A stretch of DNA of 64,000 nt from Candidatus Firestoneibacteriota bacterium (lineage in GTDB: Bacteria; Oederibacteriota; D2-FULL-39-29; JBBTED01), in the NCBI GenBank assembly GCA_038042445.1, contig JBBTED010000018.1:33419-97418 (forward strand). The letters are read 5' to 3'. The position numbers were made by a program, and so were the translations under genes. Under the pieces are notes generated by a model. The model was not told where the DNA came from. It did no database searches and saw only the letters and a program-made list of their open reading frames with translations. Positions 22,251 through 30,100 of this stretch are shown here, in pieces. Every line of letters begins with the position of its first letter. Positions within the stretch are counted from its first letter, which is position 1.

Positions 22251-23888
22251 ATGTTATCCAAAATTCCAACAAGAATCCTAATAATTGATAATAATCAAGT
22301 CCAAAACGAATTATATTCTAAGTTAAAAAATAAAGGTTATGAAGCAATAGTTGTTTCTAATTCTGATGAAGGGATAAAAACAATAAAAGAGAACAAATTT
22401 GGTGTAATTATTATTAATACAAAGATAGTAGACAAAAAAACTATTAGCGTAATGAGAAAGATAAAAGAAATGGACTCCAGAATAGAAAGAGTTGTAATTT
22501 GTAAGAATACTAAAGATGCAAAAATGGAATATTTTGACCGAATTATTAATAAATCTATGAATGTTGAGGATGTGGTTGTTATAATAGAAAAAACATTAGA
22601 AAAATACCAATTGAAAGAAATGGTTGCTATGTATGAAAGAACGATGGATGTTTTTTCAACTTTAGAGTTCAATGAGTTGCCGAAGGTTATTATTGATTCT
22701 ACTGTAGAAGAATTGAGAGCTGATGATGCTTCTTTAATGCTTTTTGATGATAACAAAAAACAACTATATATTGTTGATTCAAATGGTTTATCTAAAGAAA
22801 TTATAAGTGCAACCAAAATGTCTGTTGGTGAAGGAATATCCGGGTATGTAGTAAAAAATAGGAGACCACTGCTTCTAATAGATGGTTTAGAAAATGATCC
22901 AAGATTTAAACATATAAAACAAAAAGGTGTGCAAAGGAAAAATCCTATAACATCTTCTATTGTTGTGCCTTTGATAAAAAATAATAAAGTATTAGGGATT
23001 TTAAATATTAATCGTAGAAATATTATTGAGCATTTTACTGAGCATGATTTACATAAGGCAAATACAGCTGCTTCTTTGATAAGCGTTGCAATTGAAAATG
23101 CAAAGATGCATTCTCATATTAAGAAAACCGGGGAACAGGAATTATTGAAAGTCCATGATGAACTTCAAGAAGCATCTGAAAAGATAAGACAGATGCAGGT
23201 GCAACTCATTAGAGAAGAAAAGTTTTCCTTGCTGCATAAATTGACTTCATCTCTTGTGCATCAATTACGTACTCCTTTAAGTATAATTGATTTATCAGCT
23301 CAGTTTTTAAAAAAAGAAATTCAAGGTTCAGAAAAAATCATTTCAACTTTAAATACTATACAAAGAAATATACAACGTGCTAGTGATATTCTTCAGGATA
23401 TGTTTGAGATGGTGCTTATTAAGGCTGAGACAATGAAATTTGAACGGTGTAGAATAGGAGAGATACTGGAAAAAGCAATAGAAATAATGCAACCAAAATT
23501 AAATGGAGCAGGAGTTAATGTTAGAATGAAATGTGCAAAAGAAGAATTGCAATACATAAATATAAATAAACATTATTTGGAGCATGTGGTTGTAAACTTA
23601 ATTTCTAATTCAATAGATGCTATGTCTGAAGGTGGAGAAATAAATATTGACTTAAGTGTAGATCCAAAAAGCGAAAAAATTGTTATGACTTTTGTTGATA
23701 CAGGTAAAGGTGTTAAAGAAGAACATTTAAAAGAATTATTCACTCCTTTTTTTACAACCAAAGAAAAAGGTATAGGACTTGGGCTTTTTACAGTATTACA
23801 AATTATTGAAGCTCATCGTGGCGATATTAAAGTGAAAAGTGAATTAAATGTAGGAACAACATTTATTATTTCCCTTCCAATTAAGTAA
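22251..23888 (+). CDS. Cytoplasmic histidine kinase: degenerate receiver, GAF, HisKA, HATPase
   Basis: GAF (ASLML, GEGISGYV, VPL...LGILNI); H-box HQLRTPL; N, G1, F and G2 boxes; the receiver-like N-terminus has N in place of the phospho-Asp. Confidence 0.88.
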   Translation: MLSKIPTRILIIDNNQVQNELYSKLKNKGYEAIVVSNSDEGIKTIKENKFGVIIINTKIVDKKTISVMRKIKEMDSRIERVVICKNTKDAKMEYFDRIINKSMNVEDVVVIIEKTLEKYQLKEMVAMYERTMDVFSTLEFNELPKVIIDSTVEELRADDASLMLFDDNKKQLYIVDSNGLSKEIISATKMSVGEGISGYVVKNRRPLLLIDGLENDPRFKHIKQKGVQRKNPITSSIVVPLIKNNKVLGILNINRRNIIEHFTEHDLHKANTAASLISVAIENAKMHSHIKKTGEQELLKVHDELQEASEKIRQMQVQLIREEKFSLLHKLTSSLVHQLRTPLSIIDLSAQFLKKEIQGSEKIISTLNTIQRNIQRASDILQDMFEMVLIKAETMKFERCRIGEILEKAIEIMQPKLNGAGVNVRMKCAKEELQYININKHYLEHVVVNLISNSIDAMSEGGEINIDLSVDPKSEKIVMTFVDTGKGVKEEHLKELFTPFFTTKEKGIGLGLFTVLQIIEAHRGDIKVKSELNVGTTFIISLPIK

Positions 23889-23895
23889 TACTTAT

Positions 23896-25506
23896 ATGCC
23901 TACCATTCTTATTGTTGATGACGAAAAAGATTTTTGTAATTCCCTTTCTGATTTACTTCAAAGTGAAGGATATGAAACTATAAGTGCATTTGGAGGCAGA
24001 GAAGCTATTTTCATATTAGAAAACAAATCTATAGATTTAGTATTTTTAGATATTAATCTTCCTGGAATGAAGGGAATTGAAGTTTTGGAGAAAATTAAAA
24101 ATATAGAAGAAAGTCTACCTGTTATAATGCTTACAGGTTATGGAGAGATAAAATCAGCTGTTGACTCAATGAAAAAAGGAGCCTTCCATTACCTGACCAA
24201 ACCATTTAACAATGACGAGTTGTTAATTGTGATTAAAAAAGCTATTGAAATTAAAAAATTAGGCAGAGAGGTTTATTTACTTAAAGAAAGATTACAGAAG
24301 CATGAAGAAAAAACAAAAATTATTTGTAAAAGCGAGAAAATGGAAAGGATGCTTGATGAAGTGAAACGCGTTGCACCAACGGATATGACAGTAATAATTC
24401 AAGGTGCTTCTGGTACAGGAAAAGAGTTGATTGCAAGATTTATTCATGAACTAAGTAAAAGAAAAACAGGCCCATTTATAGCGATAGATTGTGGGGCATT
24501 GCCTGAAAATTTAGTTGAGAGTGAACTTTTTGGTTATGAGAAAGGTGCTTTTACAGGCGCTGACAAGGTGAAGCCTGGACATTTTGAACTTGCAGATGGG
24601 GGCACTTTATTTCTTGATGAAATTAGTAACTTATCACAAACTGTTCAAATGAAGTTGTTGCGTGTTTTGCAGGAAAAAAAAGTTCAACATCTTGGAGATA
24701 AAAAAGAAATAGGGGTTGATATTCGTATAGTTGTTGCAAGCAATATAAATCTTGATGAACTAATGCCCAAAGGTCTATTTCGTGAAGATTTATATCACAG
24801 GTTAAATGAATTTACTATTAATTTGCCGTCACTCAAGGAAAGAAAAGAAGATATACTAATATTAGTTGAACATTTTTTGAAACAAGCCAATTGTGAACTT
24901 AGCAAGAAAATCAAAGGTGTTGCTCACAATGCAATGGAAATTCTCAGTGAGTACAGTTGGCCTGGTAATGTGCGGGAGTTAAAAAATACTATTAAAAGAG
25001 CAGTATTATTAACAGAGGGAGATATAATTCTTCCGGAGCATATTAAATTGACAGATAATGCTTTGTCACATAAAATCTCCCTTAATCCCCCTTTGCTAAA
25101 GGGGGAAATTTCCTTAAAACAGATGCTTAATGCAATTGAGAGGGAATTGCTGATAAAAGCTTTAATGCAAACGAATTATCATAAAAGTAAGGCATCAAAA
25201 CTTCTTGGAATAGATAGAAGTGTATTGTCTGATAAAATTAAAAAATATAAAGTATCTTCATCGAGTTTTTTAAAAAATTTCAGATATACAAACAATTTAA
25301 AAATAGGTAGTAAACATAGTCTTAAAAAAATAATTGATGATATAGAAAAACAAAAGATTACTGATGTTTTAAAAGAAGTAAATTATAAAATAGCCCAAGC
25401 ATCAAAAATTCTTAAAATCACAAGAACAGATATTTATTACAAAATCAAAAAACATAATATAACATTACCTATTGCAAATAAGTCTGTTGTCAGGCATCCT
25501 GCCTGA
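23896..25506 (+). CDS. Sigma-54-dependent response regulator (NtrC family) with two C-terminal Fis-type HTH domains
   Basis: REC (VDDE, FLD, KPF), Walker A GASGTGKE, GAFTGA, LFLDE, WPGNVREL; two HTH_8-like repeats. Confidence 0.93.
   Translation: MPTILIVDDEKDFCNSLSDLLQSEGYETISAFGGREAIFILENKSIDLVFLDINLPGMKGIEVLEKIKNIEESLPVIMLTGYGEIKSAVDSMKKGAFHYLTKPFNNDELLIVIKKAIEIKKLGREVYLLKERLQKHEEKTKIICKSEKMERMLDEVKRVAPTDMTVIIQGASGTGKELIARFIHELSKRKTGPFIAIDCGALPENLVESELFGYEKGAFTGADKVKPGHFELADGGTLFLDEISNLSQTVQMKLLRVLQEKKVQHLGDKKEIGVDIRIVVASNINLDELMPKGLFREDLYHRLNEFTINLPSLKERKEDILILVEHFLKQANCELSKKIKGVAHNAMEILSEYSWPGNVRELKNTIKRAVLLTEGDIILPEHIKLTDNALSHKISLNPPLLKGEISLKQMLNAIERELLIKALMQTNYHKSKASKLLGIDRSVLSDKIKKYKVSSSSFLKNFRYTNNLKIGSKHSLKKIIDDIEKQKITDVLKEVNYKIAQASKILKITRTDIYYKIKKHNITLPIANKSVVRHPA
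25086..25106. repeat. CCCCT-family palindrome embedded in frame in the activator gene
   Basis: TCCCCCTTT-GCT-AAAGGGGGA, the same stem as the intergenic copy at 18881; read as ...NPPLLKGE... Confidence 0.65.
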
Positions 25507-25562
25507 CAAATTATATGATTATGAATATTTCATGTCCATATTGTGTCAAATATAACCACATA

Positions 25563-25601
25563 GCTGTAAAATTTTACAGCATTTAGCTGTATTATTTTAC
25601 A
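25563..25601. promoter_or_regulatory. Tandem upstream activator sequences (TGT-N8-ACA x2)
   Basis: Perfect palindrome GCTGTAAAATTTTACAGC (25563-25580) and a second copy GCTGTATTATTTTACA 23 bp downstream, about 80-115 bp upstream of the -24 box. Confidence 0.7.
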
Positions 25602-25676
25602 TATTTGGGTTAAATATTTTCATCTCTTAAAACCCCTTTGTTTTATTAGAGTTTAATTCGCATTTTCTATGTAATA

Positions 25677-25693
25677 TTGGCACGAAAATTGCA
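25677..25693 (+). promoter_or_regulatory. Sigma-54 (RpoN) -24/-12 promoter
   Basis: TTGGCACGAAAATTGCA matches TGGCAC-N5-TTGC with exact GG-N10-GC spacing, directly downstream of a bEBP gene. Confidence 0.88.
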
Positions 25694-25706
25694 TTATATA
25701 ATAATC

Positions 25707-27119
25707 ATGGTAAAAATTACAAAATGGGGTAGGGGTAGAGACGTATTGCAATGCTTTTCTACATTTATAATTTTATCATTTTTTTCTTCAATTGGTTATG
25801 CTGATTTTGAGGATCTTGGTGTTGGGGCAAGATCATTTGGAATGGGTAATGCTTTTTCTGCATTGGCAAATGATGCGAGTGCGATTTATTATAATCCAGC
25901 AGGACTTACTAATATTAAAAATGCTCAAATAATGACTGCTTATGACAGACTTTACCTTGGACTTTCTGATAAAAGTATTTTAGGGGATGGATTTGTATCG
26001 GTTGTTTCTCCTCTTGATGAGGTTACTGGTATTGGAATAAGTTATGTAAATTTTCATCTTGTTAATTATTATCAGGAACATACGTTTGTTCTTTCTTATG
26101 GCAATAAGATATTTTCTCAGTTGTCTGCCGGTATAAATGTTAAAGGTTTATCCAGAGGTTTAAGTGAAGATATCTATACAAAAGTTGACCCATTATTTTT
26201 GGAAAAAGGGTATACAAAAACAAATTTTAGTTTTGATACAGGTTTGCTCTATAGACCATTTCCAAGTTATTCATTTGCACTTACAGCTTATAATATAAAT
26301 CAACCGGATTTAGGTTTAAAAGACAAAGATATTGTTCCTATGAGTTTAAAATTAGGTTTTGCGTATCGTTATCATGCAAGCGATTTTGTTGTAGATTTTG
26401 CATATACTAATAAAGATTGGGATGTATATTTTGGAACTGAGAACTGGTTTTTTGAAAGATGTTTTGCACTAAGAGGCGGTGTTAAAACTGGAAGCAGAGC
26501 AGACAATGATTTGAGTGTTGGAATCGGATATAATTCTGGAAACATACAGTTTGATTATGCAGTTCAATATCCATTAAGTGGAATAAAAAATACTTTTGGT
26601 TCACATCGCATTTCTTTTGGAGTGAAATTTGGAGATGTGCTTCCGGAGTCAGATGATGAATTCGGATATATTCCTATGGTACCAAAAGAAGAAATTGAAA
26701 AAATCCAAAAAGAAGCAGAAGAGTCTGCACAAATGGTTCAAAAACTAAAAGAGGAGATTGAAAACTATAAAAAGAATTTAGAAGCCCTATCTGCAGAAAA
26801 TGAAAAAAATAAAGAAAAAGAAGCAGAAGAATTAACAAAAAAAATTGAGCAATATAATAAAGAAATGACAAAAGCTCTAAAATCTGAAGTAGATGCAAGA
26901 GAAAAATTAAATAAAATAACTGTAAAAAATACAACATCTATAAAGGTAGATAAAAATACTTATGTAGTTGAAAAAGGTGATACTTTAAAATCTATAGCAA
27001 TAAAGTTATATAATGATGAATCTCGGTGGGTTAGTATTTATAATCTTAACAAAGATAGAATTAAGCAAGGGATTGTTGAGTCTGGGCAGATTTTGATTTT
27101 ACCTGAGGAGAGGAAATGA
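25707..27119 (+). CDS. PorV/PorP(SprF)-like outer-membrane beta-barrel fused to a coiled coil and C-terminal LysM
   Basis: Signal peptide; GVGARSFGMGNAFSALANDASAIYYNPAGL hatch motif; alternating beta strands ending HRISFGVKFG; LysM YVVEKGDTLKSIA...GQILILP; exact start uncertain. Confidence 0.8.
   Translation: MVKITKWGRGRDVLQCFSTFIILSFFSSIGYADFEDLGVGARSFGMGNAFSALANDASAIYYNPAGLTNIKNAQIMTAYDRLYLGLSDKSILGDGFVSVVSPLDEVTGIGISYVNFHLVNYYQEHTFVLSYGNKIFSQLSAGINVKGLSRGLSEDIYTKVDPLFLEKGYTKTNFSFDTGLLYRPFPSYSFALTAYNINQPDLGLKDKDIVPMSLKLGFAYRYHASDFVVDFAYTNKDWDVYFGTENWFFERCFALRGGVKTGSRADNDLSVGIGYNSGNIQFDYAVQYPLSGIKNTFGSHRISFGVKFGDVLPESDDEFGYIPMVPKEEIEKIQKEAEESAQMVQKLKEEIENYKKNLEALSAENEKNKEKEAEELTKKIEQYNKEMTKALKSEVDAREKLNKITVKNTTSIKVDKNTYVVEKGDTLKSIAIKLYNDESRWVSIYNLNKDRIKQGIVESGQILILPEERK
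25735..25762. repeat. Degenerate GTAG...CTAC REP-like palindrome
   Basis: GTAGAGACGTATTG/CAATGCTTTTCTAC imperfect inverted repeat at the 5' end of the barrel gene. Confidence 0.55.
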
Positions 27120-30100
27120 ATAACAGGTTAGCGGTTCTAAAAATATCCAATGTTATTGTAGCCGCAGAGCGAAGCTCTGCTAAAAAAGTAGTTGCAAGGT
27201 TAAAGACAGCAAAGCTTACGCTTTGCAGCTACATAAATCATATCAAATATATGAGTTTGTTGAATTTTAGAATGGTTAATCTATTACCTATTGCTTTTAT
27301 TTTACTATTAACGGGCCAGGTTTTTGCAACAAGCAGAACAATGAGCGGTACCGTATACACGGATGAGGGAGTGACTAATATTGGTTCTGGCAAAAATATG
27401 GCAATATCAGTTAATGGTGGTGTTGCAACTACTTTTGTAACAGGAGCAAATGGTGTTTATTCAGTAGCTGTAAATGTTACTACTAATGACAAAATATGTG
27501 TTTACTTAGATAATGAAACAGAAAAAGCTACTTTAGTTACTATAATTCTTGATGCTGACTTAAGTGGATTTAATTTGTACCAAAATCATTTAATTTTGCG
27601 TAAAGAAACAGGTGGTGCTGGAATTAACAATACTGATTTATCAGGTGCAGATAATGGTGATGCTGATATTCTTTATAATGTAAGTGGAGCTAATTTAACT
27701 GTTAATGCAGGAGTTGAATTGTATGTTTGGACAGGACATACTTATGCGTCTGATGGTAATATTAATGCTGATGCAATAAAAATTAACGGGATTTTTACTA
27801 ATACGACTGCAGGTTCAATAATTACTTGTGATGATGCAGGAAGTATTACTGTGAATGGAACTTGGACATTAACTGGAGGTGTAGGCAATTTAATTTCTTT
27901 AAAGTCTGATTTAGCAGGAAGTCAGTTTGATGTAATTAATAACGGTACAGTAAATTTGAGTTATGTTGATTTAAAAGATTGTAATGCTTCTTCTTCGATT
28001 ATTGTGACTGATGGAAATGATAGTGGAAATAACACATACGTTATTTTTCAGCCTGCTGTATATGATGGTGCAGTGTTAACAGGAGATGGTGCTGGAAGTA
28101 ATTCAGTATCTATTGATTCAATAAGTGGTGTTACAACAGGTGTTCAGATACTTTGCTTTAAAATCAGTAATCCTGCGAGTACGGGAAATCAGGCAATAAA
28201 AATAGATCAGTTCACAATACATTTAGATGGCTCAAGTACAGCAGTAATTACTAATATTGCAGAAATTGCATTATCAGGTGCAGTAACTTCAACAGTTACT
28301 ACTCCTGTTTCTAATGATATTACCTTTGGGACTCCTAATGTAGGTTTTGATGGTGGCATATTGAGTGTTTCTAATAATACTACTTCTTCTGATATTGTTG
28401 TGAAAATTAAATTAAAAACTACTTTAACTGCTACAGAAACTCAATTCTGGAAATTCAATGTTGATGATGATGATGTTTCAGAGTCAAATTTGACATCAGA
28501 TATGATGGGTACAACTGGAGTAGATATAGCTGGTTCAAGTTGTGCATTATCAATTGTTGCTACGAAGTTAGTATGGACAACGCTTCCTGCAGACACCAGA
28601 ATAGTAGACGTAAGTGATGAAGTAGTGAGTGGGTTAGTATGGCAGACACAGCCTGTAGTAAAGGCAGTGGATGCAAATAATAATGTAGATATAGATTCAG
28701 TAGAAACAGTAACATTAAGTTTGGTAGGTGGAGCAGGAACATTTGCTGGAACATTAACAGAAGGATGTGTAAGTGGAGTGGCAAATTTTGTTGGTAATGG
28801 AATAAAGTATACAGTAAGTGGAAATAATGATGGTGAAGGATTTGTCCTAAGAGCAAGTGGAGGTGCATTAACAACAGCAGATACAAGTGGATTATCAGCA
28901 GATGTAGTAGCAACGAAATTAGTATGGACTACAGTTCCAGCAGATAGCAGGAGAGTAGATGTAAGTGATGAAGTAGTAAGTGGATTAGCATTTGAGACAC
29001 AGCCAGTAGTAAAGCCAGAGGATGATGATAATAAAGTAGATGCAGATTCAACGCAAATAGTAACATTAAGTTTAATAAGTGGAGTAGGAACATTTGCAGG
29101 AACATTAACTAAAGCTTGTGTTCTTGGGGAAGCAAATTTCAGTAGCAATGGAGTAAAGTATACAGTATCAGGTAATAATGAGGGGGAAACATTTGCAATA
29201 AGAGCAAGTGGAGGTAGTTTAACAGCAGCAGATACTGGTTTATTATCATCAGATATAGTAGCAAGTCAGTTGGTGTGGACACAATCAGCAAGTCATAGTG
29301 GAGTACCGAATGGAGACATAATAAGTGGAGTAGTATTTAATACACAGCCAAAAGTGGAGACAAGAGATGCAGATAATAAGTTGGATACTGATTATGTGAG
29401 TTCAGTAGTTTTAAGTGAGACAGGTGCTGGTTTTTTAAGTGGCACAACATCAGTAGCAGCAGTAAGTGGAGTGGTAACATATACTGGGATAGCATATAAT
29501 GTGAATGCGGACCAGGAGAGTTTCACATTAAAAGCGGACAGTGGAAGTTTAACACAAGGGTCAGATACAAGTAAGGTGGCAGATGTAGTAGCAACGAAAT
29601 TATCTTTTACTGTCCAGCCACAAGAGACAGGGCAAGCAGCAAATACAATAGTATCAGGTAATGTATTTGACACACAGTCTCAAGTAGAAGCAAGGAATAA
29701 TAGTGATAAAAAGGATGTAAATTTTATAGATACAGTTACAGTAGTTGAAACAGGAACAGGTAGTTTAAGTGGAACAAGTTCAGTAGCAGCAGTGGCAGGT
29801 GTAGTAACATTCACTAATTTAGTATATACAGCGGTTGTAGACAATGAGATGTTTAAGTTAAGTGCAGATGATACTCCTGGAGGGCAGGAAGGAAATTTAA
29901 CCGGAACATTTGAGTCTGCGAATACAACAGCGAATGTCCTTGCAACAAAATTAGTGTTTGATGTCCAACCTTCATCAAGTGTAGTTATGAATATTGATGT
30001 GGTAATTCATCCTGTCCTTAAAGCTTTAGATGCAAATAATACAATAGATGTTAATAATACTGATACACTTACGATTAGTGCAGTATTATCAGCAGATTTG

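Noticed and set aside
25677..25706. TTG start for the barrel gene
   Set aside because: The TTG is part of the -24 promoter element, upstream of the predicted transcription start.
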